A program made the position numbers and the translations under genes. From contig OX597831.1 in assembly GCA_951406725.2 (NCBI GenBank), positions 58,032,001-58,096,000 on the forward strand: DNA of 64,000 nucleotides, read 5' to 3'. Under the pieces are notes generated by a model. It was not told where the DNA came from, did no database searches, and worked only from the letters and a program-made list of their open reading frames with translations. Shown here one piece after another: positions 40,547 through 54,530 of this stretch (the first letter of the stretch is position 1; each line of letters opens with the position of its first letter). The stretch is from Octopus vulgaris (Eukaryota).

Positions 40547-41396
40547 ATTGCATACGTGTACCCTATGATTGGTAGACATACACATGCACATAAAAATATA
40601 TATGTATATACATACAATGTACTCAAAAAACACATACTCATATGCATGTACATGTGTGTACATATATAACATATATATATGTGTGAATATATATATATAT
40701 ATATACACACATATATTTATGTATATATATATGTATGTATATACATACATACTTATATATATATATATAAGCATGAAAATTCGGAAATGAACTGGTGTAT
40801 AATTAAGCACGTTAAACAATACATGAATAAATAAATAAAACAAGTATTGGCTGATTTAAACTTACAAAATTCAGTTCTTTGATTATTTGAAAATTTTATT
40901 ATGATATTTTCGATATGTTGAGTGATGTGTAATAAATTGATTGCTGGGTGAAACAGTAAAATTTTGGAAAAAAAAAAAAAAATTCAAACTGATGTTAGAA
41001 ACGTTCAGAGTTATCTCCCTTGTTGGCTCGGATAAGTTTTTTCCTGAGCAACACATTTATTATCGATACCGGACTATGTTGTTGGAAATGTAGGAATGAT
41101 TAAGAAATTATTAGCATAGGAAGATCAAAATATTTTTATGGTCTTATCAAAGGAGAAGGAGGATATGCACTTTTACCAATACTTTGCTGTGTCTTCTAGA
41201 CTAGTTGGAGAAAGGAATCAAGAATGAAAGACTTGCCTTTACAACTATCCGGACAACTTTCAACCATGTCAACTCTGTAAAAAGACATATTCAAACGAAT
41301 ATGTAGTATATACCAGAATAAATTACGTGACCAGGGTAAATTTCAAAACTAATACGATCCTGTTCACTTGGTTTGAACTATAAAACTCTTTCCCTC

Positions 41397-41466
<70 letters not shown>

Positions 41467-41636
41467 GGGAAGCTTTATGAAAATAGACAAAAGACGAAGG
41501 CAGGTGGAAAACAAACGAACAATTGTATTATATATATAATGGAAAAATAGGATAAAATCTTTATAATTTATCAAGTAGTTAGCGTGAAAAACCTGATAAG
41601 GGAAAAACTTATTAATTATTCCTTTTAAATATATTT

Positions 41637-41784
41637 ATTTATATTGAGGGCATTACTATACATAAATGCCTCACACTAGGAGGGACTCTTAAAGTCAAAA
41701 CTCCCATGATATTATGGTAGTTTTGACTTTAAGAGTCCCTCCTAGCATGAGGCATTTATGTATAGTAATGCCCTTAATATAAAT
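41637..41784. repeat. 148-bp near-perfect palindrome
   Basis: 74-bp arms centred at 41710/41711 with no spacer and 5 mismatches, two of them G.U-compatible. Confidence 0.9.
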
Positions 41785-43824
41785 ATATATATATATGTGT
41801 GTGTGTGTGTATAAACAGTTATCTTATAAACTTCATAGGCTTATAGTTGTGAGGATTTTTATTTCTACTTTGCCACACTTTTGCAATTATTAAGGCACCA
41901 GGTATATGATTTTAAAAATATGTTGGCCCAGCATGGCCACAGTCTTAGGGCTGAAACGAATAAAAGAATAAAAAAATAAATAAACAAAAGAAATTATAGC
42001 GCAATTAATTCAGTGGTGGATTATTCTGTAGACATGTGAACTCTTAATATAATTCTTAGTCAAAATCAGCTTCACATATGTAGTCTCAAGCCGTTTCTTT
42101 AAATGAGAAACGGAGTCCATCTGACGGGCATCCATACAGTTTCCGTCCATTCAATTTCACTCTCAAAAGTTGTTTTATCCAAGGCTATAGTAGAAGATAC
42201 AAGCTTTTGTACAGTGAGAGCGAACCTGAGAGTTTATGATTGCAAAGTTAATTTCTGAACCATTCGTCTACATCTGCATCCAGGAATGTTTCCTTCTTTT
42301 CAAAATTGCTTTTGTCAAAGTGCTAATAGTTCCTTAATAAGCAACTAATTGCCTTTAGCTTGACTATTTCATTGCGGTGCTATATTTTTCTCAGAGCAGA
42401 AAAGGATATCTTGTGATATTCATATTTTTTTTTCCCACAAGGACAGTAGATGAATAAACGAAAGAGGATTTTTAAGGGTAGGAAATCTAAAACAAACTAT
42501 AGGAGAATAGAAAATAATTTCTAGGTTTATACTGTCTAACATCTTTGTTCTATTTTTTTTCTTTTTTGAATAAATATTCTTCCCCAGAGGAAACTTGCTA
42601 TAAAACATTTGCAAAGTATATATACATTGGCAATTATAATAAACTCAAGGGAGATAAACACGAACAATTCTCATCATTGTTTTCCTCGGTTATTTGACTG
42701 AACTGTCTCAAACAAAGCCATTTGTAATTGTTATTCATCGACTGTGTATCCCAATCACGATTCAATGTTTGTACTTGTTCTTGAGTAAGACATTTATCTT
42801 TTCTTCCTAAACAAACATGGGTGACTGGATAAATTGCAGCTTCATGGTTGTTGTTGTTATTGTTGTTGTTTAGAACGCAGTCATTCCTGCTCATGCAGAT
42901 TTGTAGTATGCAGTAGGCTGACTACACGACTCAGTGCAATCCATAGATCCTTAGTTTCTTGTGTATCATAATCCCGTCAAGTTGAGGACCATATCACACA
43001 TTTCGACTTAACAGTGGTTGACTACATGGCTATTTCGTCATGTTGAATTGTCTCCCCCTGCTCAGTTTGCTACTGAGTAGTCCTATGTGACCGATGGCAT
43101 AGCAACCGTGACAATCCTATTTTCTTAGATGTATCCAGAACTACAATTATGAAATGTGTGTATTTGAGGGAGAATTTGATGCAGTAAGAACCTCTCGTTT
43201 GTACGCCTGTATCAATGTAAAAAACTCAAAAAAATCCTGTGCGGTTCACAACGCTGGCGGGCGATGATGAAACATCAGGGTCTATGTGATAGGCGATTCC
43301 AACATTGTTTATGTAACATTGTATTCTCTGGAAAGATGATTAACTCTAATTTTCCTTAATTGATCATAACATTTCATACTTTAAGTTCTGAAGGTCAAAA
43401 AGAAAATTATATAAATAAATAAACATTTTTTTTTTTTAAATTTGAATTTGACACAATTGATGAATTGAATCAGTTACTTGACCGTCAGTGGATGAGAAAT
43501 AACGAACAATGGGTTACGAGTCATGTTGACTACAGCGGGTGAGTAAAGATGGGAGTTGTGACAGTAGTCAGTCCATCTTTGTGAAACAATTACAGTTGTG
43601 AACTGATATATTCATATGTTAGGGAGTGCACATGAATATACCAACAGTTTGACTCGCATACATATACACTGCAGTAGTCAACAGATACGCACACACTAAG
43701 AGATATAGATCGCCACAAAATATACTCACACACGCAAATTGCATCCACGCATAAAAACTATGCAGATCTGTCTTTCTGTCTGTCTCACACACACACACCA
43801 TCAAGAACACTTTACAATGAATAC

Positions 43825-44078
43825 TACACATTATTTACAATAGACGGATAGGTGTCCTCACCTTGTTTGTTGTTACCACAACGTTTTGACTGGGGTACTT
43901 TCCAGCCTTCATCAGGTGTTCTGGTGGAATTTCGAACCCAACCCTTTATTTTACTAATGGGGTACTCTGTTCTCATTCCTAAGGTATTCTTTTTTTGTTG
44001 ATATTATTTCCCAAGTCTGTGCTTGGGATCGAACTCAGAATCCAAGGGTTAGCAGCCCGCACTCTTATCCACTTCACC
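43825..44078 (-). mobile_element. tRNA-headed element carrying a hammerhead motif (copy 1)
   Basis: Minus strand agtggataagagtgcgggctgctaaccc...gagttcgatccc head, then aacacCTGATGAaggctgg..ccagtcAAAACGTTgtgg and an (aatgtaaat)-type tail. Confidence 0.7.
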
Positions 44079-44415
44079 TTTGTATAACCTACCGCAACTG
44101 CAGTAGGTTACACAAAGCCGAAACATGTTGCCTTCATAAAATAAGGGTAGAGGAACATCGTAAAGCTGTGAAATGGGGGAATATCAAAAAATCGGGTATA
44201 GCCGATCATGTATCGAAAAACAGAGACCACTTCCCCCTGTGGGATGAAGTTAAAATAATAGACGGAGGACATCACTGGAAAATACGAAAACTAAAAGAGG
44301 CATATGTGAGGACACGATAACCTCCTAAGCAGGCCTAGTGCAGATAGGAATTTAATATGAGAACCGGTATAAAGAAAAGATATTAAGGTTATAAGCCCAA
44401 ATATTCACTCTATAA

Positions 44416-44658
44416 AAGAGTGCGGCTACTAACCCTCGGATTCTGAGTTCCGAGTTAACAAAAAATTACATCAGCAAGAATACGTTAGGAATAAGAACAT
44501 AGTACTCCATTAGGGTTGGGTTCGAAATTCCAGCAGAACACCTGATGAAGGCTGGAGAGTACATCAATCGAAACGTTGTGGTAACAACAAACAAGGGGAG
44601 GACACCTATCTGTCCATTGTAAATAATGTACATGATTCCTCATTTCAAAAATGTAGAA
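44416..44658 (+). mobile_element. tRNA-headed element carrying a hammerhead motif (copy 2)
   Basis: Partial head aagagtgcggctactaaccc..gagttcc. CTGATGA at 44542-44548 and GAAACGTT at 44570-44577. Confidence 0.7.
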
Positions 44659-46479
44659 TAGATTACTACGCTCATACAAACACCTCTCTGACATACATTG
44701 ATATGTAAAAGAAAGAATTTGTTGTGTTGTGAGATATGTGAGTGTGTATCTGAGCTAATATTGCACAGTGGACAGGATGAACACTAAAACTGAAGAAGGA
44801 ACATAAGACTAATTCCTCTGAACACCACAGTTTCAAAATGAAATGCGACAAATCAAAAACAACAAATGGCATATTAAATTTTTAAAAAAGCTGAATAAAT
44901 ATTATATCATGCAAGGGAGTCTACCAGAATTTTAAGATGAAAATGACTTGTTGTATTCAGTTGTTCCCCTTCTACAACCTGAGATTGAATTCTGTCACAA
45001 TCTGTTTTTATCTATCATTGATCGCCAAAATAAAATACAGGTCGATTACAAGAGGGGTTTTAAATAATTTTGCTTATATCAAAAATTAATACTGTCGTAC
45101 TCATGAAAGGGCCGTGAATATATATATATATATATATATTTAAAAAAGGAGATGTGGAACACTAGTTGTGATATATAAAAAAAGGAAATGAAGAAAATGC
45201 TGACAAAATAATTTAAGTAAGGGAGAGTGTATTTAATTAGGTGAAAGTTCTTTTTACTGGTTGCGCATTTGTTATGCTTATCAAAAGATATTTTTTAAGA
45301 GAGATAGAGTTCCTTTCTGATAGATTTTTTTCTATTATCTGTATATATATATATATATATATTATTCAAGCAAATTATCTCCCAGGAATAGTCTCCTGCT
45401 TGTAGCATTTGTTACTGAAGATATATGGTAGATATCGCCGACAGTCTCACCCTATTTTCAGCTGGAGATCCAAAATGGAGTGAGGGTCAGTTTCCTGTCA
45501 AAGAGAACAGATAACAAAAAAATAGAGCTTTCCATTTGGAAAAAAAAAAGGGAGTCAAATTTATCGCGTCATTTAATGGAATCATTCTCACGAATAAAAA
45601 TTAAAAATTAAAAAAAAAAACAACACGTGAAGGGCTTCCACATTATCATAACCTGAGAAAAGAATCTCATATGGAAGTCATCAATCAAAACTGTAGAAGT
45701 ACATGATAGGAACTTTGGAGATAGAGAATTACAAATTTATCAAATCCATCCTGCATGTATATTGTATTTATTTATCTATTTATTTATTTATTTATCTATT
45801 TTTTTTTATTATTTATTAATGTTATTCTGTTTTTCTCTTATTCTGTTATATTGTTTTTCTGTTATCTTGTTATTGAGGCATTAATTAATCGACATTAACT
45901 TTCACATTCAATCACATTTATCCAACAATCAATTCCTTGGTGTCCACTGCTTCTCATGGTTTACACAACCAGTGTAGTTTTGATCTGGGTATCTTCAATA
46001 TTACTATATTTAGTGGATTATATGAATTTGTACTGGCTGAAAAATGCCTTGTGGTATTTAGTAATGGCCATTATTGTCTCATGTTAAAAACTCCAGCTTT
46101 TACTCTCAACCTTTCAGAGGTAGATAAAATAAAGCATTAGCCAAGTACTGGGATCAATTTAATTCATTATACCCTTCCTCTTTACCATAATTTGTGGTCT
46201 TCTGCCACCTTTGAGGGTTGAGATGACAGAGAATGTAGAGGGAAGAACTGAGCAACACCTAAAAAAATGGGGGGGGGGGTGCAAAGCTGTACCCTAGCAT
46301 GACCACAACTTCTTGTTCAAACCAATAAAAGAATTTCATTTTGTTTCATCACTTTACATTTTGAACTGAAATCATTGTAGATTCAACTTTATTTTCTTAC
46401 CTTCCAGTATTTCTAAAATAAATACAAACAAACTGTCAAGATATTGGTCATTCTCTGACAGGTTTACGGTCAAGCTTAA

Positions 46480-46660
46480 GGTAGTGAAGACTTCCAGCAT
46501 TCTTGGGTCCCCCGGACCATGTCCCTGCACACTGCTATCAGAGTGGAGATGACTATTTGCAAGTGTGGACCTTGTGAGTCACAGAGGCTGTTCCAGCACA
46601 TCTCCCTTGCCATCCTCCAGGGCAACACCTTTTCCATTTTGTCTGCTGGGACCATGATGC
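46480..46660 (+). mobile_element. C-terminal fragment of a CRE-clade-like RLE LINE
   Basis: ESQRLFQHISLAILQGNTFSIL resembles the terminal lfQrxSlaiqrGN motif of CRE-type elements. Confidence 0.5.
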
Positions 46661-47099
46661 GATCTGAATTACAGGAAATTGTACATTCCACTTCTTTATG
46701 TAAAGTTGCTCCATATAAATTACTCTGTTAAATTACCATAAAATAAGAGAACTTCTGTGAGTACCAATCAAATACTGGGGTTGATTTTATCAGTTTCATC
46801 TGTTCTCTTGAAGCTGCTGCTCCGTGCATTGACATCGTGTGCCTGTCTATGCAATGATACCAAAGAGACTTGACGACATGGTACATCAAGAAGACGCAGG
46901 TAAAGCGTACAGCAGGGAGACATCAATAAAAGTGGACACAAAGAGATATTAGAAAGACATTAGTAAAACTTGGCATTAGGATCAAGGGGTGCAAATAAAA
47001 AGGGCCACCGCCATCAGCAACACAGCTACTGACACTTAACAATTACCATCATCTTATCATCAACTGTTCCACCATTACTTTCATCATATCATTACCATT

Positions 47100-47143
<44 letters not shown>

Positions 47144-47876
47144 TATTATTATCAATGACTGATCTGATATCTCTCTCTTTTTAATACATTTTAATACATA
47201 TACACTTGTGGAAACATTATCTTTCACACATTCACCCCACCACCACCACCACCACCACCACCACCCCATATCCAAACACGCACAATATTATGTAAGCACA
47301 TGTTCTATATATACATGCATACAAACATTTAACCATGCACATAGATTAAGATGTCCTGACTTTTGTTTTGACACATTACATAAACACTTAACCATTAGTG
47401 TTACTCCAATGAAACATTAAGACTTACAAGTATTTCCATTTGCATTTATATATGTGTGTGTATATGTGTATTTTATATATATATACACACACACATGTAC
47501 AAATATGCACACATACATACATAGACACATACATACACACATACATACATACATACATACATACATACATACATACATACAAGCATACATCAATCTATCA
47601 ATCAATCAATCAATCATTCAATCAATCAATCAGAGACTGCTTAGCTTAATGGTACAGAATACTCAGCCAATATCTGAGATATACAGGATTTGGTTCTCTG
47701 TATCCTCCTGGTGGCAACTTTTTTTTCCATCTTTTCGGTGTATTTACCAATTTTCTAGGCTGTTTTCACAGCCATTCCACATTCAAAATTTACTTTATTT
47801 TCTGTCAAATAGCAACCTATGTGATGCTTCTAAGTTTGTTTGTAATATACATACATACATACATACATACATACAT

Positions 47877-47907
<31 letters not shown>

Positions 47908-47941
47908 TAAATATATATATATATATATACACACAGAGACA

Positions 47942-48950
47942 CAGAGGGTGTTCAAAACGTCTCTCCACAGTAAGTATTTTATTGCAAAATAAATATTTAT
48001 AAGATGATATAAAACTACAAAAGGATATATTAGACTTTACAAGACTTCAAAAATCTATATAAGAGGTGTTGAAAGTGTTGTCCTTCATTTTCAATTGATA
48101 AGTTGACTCTTCTACATATATTTTGAAATACATCTTGGAGAGTCTGACGCAGTATGGACCGTGAGAAGGTTATGATTGTGTCTTTTAGCTCATTAATGGT
48201 TTTCGGGCGATTCTTGTACACTGATCCTTTACTTGTTCCCCAGAAAAAAAAATTCTGGCAGTATTAAAGCAGGTGATCTTGGTGGCCAAAGTCCCTTTGA
48301 AATAATCTGTTCACCAAAAAACTCTTGAAATAGTGCCATGGTGATGCGCGAAGTATGTGCTGTAGCTCCATCTTGCTGAAAGTATGCATCATTAGTTTCA
48401 CTTTCAGTTGGCCTACAAAATGGATAGACAATATTTTAGCGATATCACTCGGTGTTGATGGTGTCTTCAAAACATATCGGTCCCACATTATGCTTTCTCG
48501 AAATTACTATCCATACTCCAACTTTTTCGGGATGCAGAGGTTGCTCATGCGTTGCGTGTGGATTCTCAATGCTCCATAACCTTGTGTTTTGCGAATTTAT
48601 GTATCCAGACAGATGAAACCAAGCCTCATCGGTGTAAAAACATCCATACAGCACTTCTATGCCTTTTTTTGGCAACAATGTTTTGGAACCAATGACAATA
48701 ATGAAGCCTTTTAGCATGATCCATAGTTTTCAATTCTTGAATGGCCGGCACTTTTTATGGAAAGAAATATAATTTCTCTTTTACTACCGTGTGAGCACTT
48801 CCTAGGCTGATTTCTGTTTACTGTGACATTTTACGTAAGGACTTTGACGGGCTTGCAAACAGTTTATCAGAATTATTGGGGAGTGTTTCGTCCGAAAGAA
48901 CAGTAGACCTACTGCTTTTTGCTGCGGAGAGACTTTTTGAACACCCTACA
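47942..48950 (-). mobile_element. internally deleted Tc1/mariner-superfamily DNA transposon
   Basis: TIRs agggtgttcaaaacgtctctcc / ggagagactttttgaacaccct. Frameshifted transposase motifs TDEAWFHLSGYINSQN, FQQDGATAH, WPPRSP and YKNRPKTINELK. Confidence 0.88.
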
Positions 48951-48952
48951 TG

Positions 48953-49016
<64 letters not shown>

Positions 49017-49021
49017 TATAC

Positions 49022-49065
<44 letters not shown>

Positions 49066-49629
49066 AACTAAGGTTACAGAACAAACAAATGCAAGGTCAT
49101 CCACGTAACATTTCATATCTAGAACATTTAATCATAGAATATACATGTATAACATCACGGAAGATGAAACATAACTCATCTGTACAAGCATATAAGAAAG
49201 TGTGAGAAAAGTGTGTGAATACTGTTCATCACGGTTAAAAGTTAATACACATATATTTATATTAAATTAGAGATAAAACCACTATTAGGCAAATCAAACA
49301 GTGAAAAACATATCCCTAATATTATTATAATTATATATACATTTATATATATACGTATATATATTAGAAATTTGATCTTTTTTGAATTAGGTTTTTACTT
49401 ATTTCCTAATTAGTCTTCCATTTTATGTTTTCAGAACAACAACATTTCTAAATCCATTAGTCTGATGCTGGAAGACTTTTCACAAACAATTTTTTTTTCT
49501 GAAATAAGTTATAGTAAGTGGCATGCCATTCATGAATTCAGCAGTAAATGGCAAAGGATCCTGGGGAATAATTTTATATCTGATAAAACCATCAATGTCA
49601 GATTAAAAATTATAAAATATATATATATG

Positions 49630-49674
<45 letters not shown>

Positions 49675-50901
49675 CCATGTATGTCTAAAAAGGTGGCTAG
49701 TTATGAAAATATATGTATGAATCCTGTTAAGATAAATCTCTCTATCTGCTGTGTAACTAAGTTCCTAACTTCATATTCTGTTTTATTCTTACTCTGTCTT
49801 TCACTCATTTAACCATGTAATATTGTTATTGCCCCCCATGTTATCCAGCCCCGTCCTGTTTAACCCAGTCTCATATTAACCCTGCTCAACTCTAGTGATA
49901 TAATGTAAAAAAAAATTAAATAAATAAAAAAGATGAAAAGAAAAGAGAAAAAACAAAAACTGCTGTTACTACTGCTGCTGCTGTCAGGCATTCTTCAACA
50001 AGCATCAAGTCTAGCAACAGTGGACCCTATTAATAACAGATCTTCCATTAGAGGGACCACTGTTAAGGGCACATCTCTATATGTTTGCAGGCCTTATCAA
50101 CATGAAGTCCTGTAATGCCCAAGACCTTATCAAGTGCAGATCTTCCATTAAAGGGATTCCTATTTATCAAGAGCCCATGTTTTTCAAATGCAGGCCCAAT
50201 CAACCCTCAAATCCAGTAATATCAGAGAACATTATTGATCACAGGTCTTCCATTTGAGGGATGACTATTTATTAAGGGCCTAGTGCTATCTACTTAAGAT
50301 CTAGTGATATCTGAGTCCCTATCAAAAACAGATCTAAATCTACTGGGTCATCAATGTTTTGTGATTTTGTACACTGGTCTTGTTTCAGCACGGATTTTAT
50401 CCAATGTTAATGAGTGAATTGGTGATGTTCACATTTTGCTTTTAGGGGTCAATATTTTTTTTCTTGACACTGATTTATGGGTACAAGAGCCATTACCATT
50501 TTAGATCTCATGTTATGAGATCCCATATCAGATATAAAGATTATATTTTTTTTTTGTAAATCTGAACCCTAATTTAATGCTGACTTTGCTATCAGTTCAA
50601 TATAGATATGTGGGAGAAGGGTCTAACCAAGTACTCTCTAGAAACACTAAATGGCTTGCCCATAACTTTGTCTGAAGACAATGGAATAAAGAGAAAGGAA
50701 AGTGAAGTAGTTGAAACGATTGTTAAAGAAAAAAGACCAAATTTGGCTTATTTGATTGAGTGACAGGTCACTTGAAGGGAGAAGAGTTTTAAGTATATAT
50801 ATGTTTGTGTGTGTGTGTGAAAGAGAGGGAGAGAGGGAGAAAGTGAGTGAGAGAAAGGGAGAAAGGGAGAGAAATAGAGAGAGAGGCAAGGTGAGAGAAA
50901 G

Positions 50902-50946
<45 letters not shown>

Positions 50947-51977
50947 GGGGTTATGAAAGACAAAGAAAGATATGCTGAAATATTTAAAAAAAAACTTTTG
51001 CAATTAATTTATCATTATTATTATTAAATTCAGTAATGACAGAAGATTTATAAAATATGGAAGAATATCCTCATCATTATTTAATTACACCCCCTTTATA
51101 CTCTCAGTTCAAATTCTAACAGGATTGACTTGGCCTTTTATACTTTCAAGATCAGTAAATTAAAACCAGTCATATGGTGAGAGCAATGAATTATCAAATT
51201 GGCAGAGTCATTGGAACATTAGATGTAAATAACTTGTGGTACTTGTTCTTGCTCTCTGAGTGCAAATCCTGCTAAGATTAATTCTATCTTTCAAAATTAA
51301 GGAGTGGGAGAGATCTTAGGACATTTTGGTTTCAAATCTTGGTACAGCAATTTTGGGGCAGGGTTAAGTTAATAACATCGATCGACTGACCATCTTTCCT
51401 GAAAGTCCTAGCCTTGTGTCAAAATTAGAAACCAACATATTGAAATCAATGTAATTAACTAAATCCCTCTTACAAAATATGTTGCCTGGTACCTATGTTA
51501 ATTAATCAGTTGCAGTTAAAAATTAATGATGTGCTAGGTCGTCAGAAATGGTAAAACATCAGGCAAAATGTCTACTTTGCATACTTAACAACATCATTTT
51601 ACCTTCTGAATAAGAATCATACTAATGTGAGTGGCTCTGCCTTTTAGCCTCAGTACCAGTCAGCTACTGGGGTCAATATAATTGACTGTTCCTTCCAACT
51701 ACAAATGTTTCTGACCTTGTGCTTATGCTAGTAAATATTTAGGGCAATGGCTTGACAGAATCATTCGAGTGTCAGATAGAAGAAACACTTTATAGTTGTT
51801 GTTCTGGCTCTTTACATTCTGAGTTCAAATCCCACTGCAGTCAACTTTGACTTCCATCCCAGTCTCCAAGGTCAGAAAAAAAAATAATAAAGTACCAGTC
51901 ATGTACAGGGAACCATGATATTGGCTAACACTCTCTCCTCAAAACTGCTGGCCTAGTGCCTAAATTAGAAACTAGTA

Positions 51978-52016
<39 letters not shown>

Positions 52017-52017
<1 letters not shown>

Positions 52018-52380
52018 GGCAGTGAACTGGCGGAATTGTTAGCATGCCGGGTGAAATGCTTAGCGGTATTTTGTCTGCCACTACATTCCGAGTTCAAATT
52101 CTGTCGAGGTTGACTTTGCCTTTCATCCTTTCGGAGTCGATCAATTCAGTACCAGTTGTGTACTGGGGTCAATCTAATCAACTGGCCCCCTCCCCCCAAA
52201 TTTCAAGCCATTGCACCGAGCAAAATGTTTAACAGCCTTTCGTCTGTCTTTACGCTCTGAGTTTAAGTTCTGCCAAGGTTAACTTTGCCTTACATCTTTT
52301 TTGGAGTTGATAAAATAAGTACCAGTATCGACTAACCCCTCCCCCAAAATCGCTGGCCTTGTTCCAAAATTTGAAATCAT
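52017..52380 (+). mobile_element. SINE family 'A' tandem copies after (ATT)n
   Basis: Two bodies with B box and gcctttcatcc domain. Confidence 0.75.
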
Positions 52381-52809
52381 CATTACTATTATTATTATTA
52401 TCATTATTTCTAACATTGATTACTAACCAAATTATCTATTAAAATTTAATACTGATATTCTAAATAAGATTGAGTTAAAAATTACACTGCTGAGATAAAT
52501 TGAATGAGAGAGAGAGAGGGGGGGATTTGAAAAAGAGAATGAGAGAGAGAGAGGCTGAGAGAGAGAGAGAGAATGAGTAGCTACCCATATAAAATATACC
52601 CTTAAACAGGAGCTTACTCCTATATCCACCCAGTATTTCAATATATCATATTTTTTCAACCCAATCTTACCATTTTTACCTTTAAAATATTTTGAAAGGT
52701 GAGGTATATTATCATAATAACTTTTGTTAACTTTTGTTAACTTTCATTATGTTTGTGTGTAGTGAGTATTCGACTCTTAGGATGGACATAGCTGTTTTCT
52801 TTGAACGTA

Positions 52810-53560
52810 AGTGATCCAGCATGGACATTGCTGTATGAGTTATACTGCAGTGTTACATACAACATGGGACATCTTATTTTAATTAATGAACTGTGGGCCA
52901 AAGCTGTATGGGCCAAAGCTGTATGGGCCAAAGCTGTATGGTTTTATATTCTATTGCTCCAGCATGGTCATAACTACAAGGCAGACTACTTCTACATTCC
53001 AGATCAGCCAAAATGACATTGTTTACATCGTATTGCTCCAGCATGGTCAGATATGTATAGCAGAGTGCTGCAGTGCACCAGGATGGCCAGAACTGTTGGG
53101 TTTACATTTCAGTGCTCCAGTATGGCCTGAATGATATAGTTTATATTCTGTGTAACCAGAACTGTTTGGCAGAATACTGCAGTGCTCCAGAATGGGATAA
53201 CTGTATCATTTTATTACTGTTATCCATCATGCTAGAGCTGTTTTGTGCTCCAGCATGAGCAGTTTTGTGTGATGGAATACCACAGTGCTTCATCTGGGCC
53301 ACAACTTTTGGGTTTATATTGCAGTGCTCTAGCATGGCCAGAGCTATATGGTAAAACACTTTCACAGTACTCTATTGTAGCCATACTTGTACAGTTTGTG
53401 CTACAGTGCTCCAGTATGGCTATATAGCAAGGCACACTGGTGGTCTAGTAGGGCCTGAGTTATATGGTAAACATTGTCATTGCTCCAGTATGGGCACAAT
53501 CGTTTATATTACGGTTATGGCCAGAGCTAATGGCAAAGCCCAGTCAGTAATCCAACATGT
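52810..53560 (+). repeat. degenerate ~40-bp minisatellite
   Basis: Recurrent cagtgctccagcatggcc-like core at roughly 40-nt spacing. Confidence 0.7.
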
Positions 53561-53589
53561 CCTCCTGTACAATATATTTTGTGTGTGTG

Positions 53590-53654
<65 letters not shown>

Positions 53655-53704
53655 TTAAAAAATCTTTTAACCCGAAGGCTGCGGCCATGCTGGGGCACCA
53701 ACAA

Positions 53705-53735
<31 letters not shown>

Positions 53736-53759
53736 CATATATATATACATATACATATA

Positions 53760-53817
<58 letters not shown>

Positions 53818-54159
53818 TATACATACATATATATATATATATATATCACACACACACACACACACACTAACTGTAGAAATGTCTTACCGTATTTTCCTGT
53901 CTTCTTTCTTCACCATTTCATATTTTCCTTCTCTTTCATATTTGAACCCAATTTCAACAAATAATTTTAGCTTCCACACCATATATATATATATTATCCT
54001 GCTAGTTTTTCTTCTTATTGTTGTTGTTATTGACATTGTTTAAACACAGGTCAACCCAGATCATGTAAACCTATAATGAAAGGCATTCCAGCTGTGACCA
54101 TCACCAGTATTATTTTTTATATATATTTTATACTACAATATTTTTAAAACTGCGGTTAT

Positions 54160-54530
54160 AACTCTGCAGTGCTTTAATATGGTCATAACCATATAAATAC
54201 AATAGAACTGCAATGCTTCAGTGTGGTTATAAGTGTACAATGTATGCTATATATTTTCAGTGCTCCAGCTTGGACATGATTCAATGGTTTCTACTATGGG
54301 CCAGCAGTGCTCCAGTCTGATCTTAAGTGAATTGTTTACACTATAGAATTACAATGTCTCAGTATGGTCATATCTGTACAATTTATTCTAGATAATTTCA
54401 GTACTTCAGTACTACCATAACTTCATGGTTTATGCTGCAGAACTGCAGTGTTCCAGCATGGTCGTATCTATACGATTTATGCAACATGATTTTAATGTTC
54501 CATTATGATCATAATTGGAGCTCCAGTTAT
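54160..54530 (+). repeat. degenerate ~47-bp minisatellite with the same core
   Basis: cagtgctccag-like core near 54167, 54211, 54258, 54306, 54352, 54399, 54446 and 54494. Confidence 0.65.

Noticed and set aside
52810-54530. CRISPR-like repeat/spacer appearance
   Set aside because: Repeats are degenerate, linkers are related to each other, there are no cas genes, and the context is eukaryotic.
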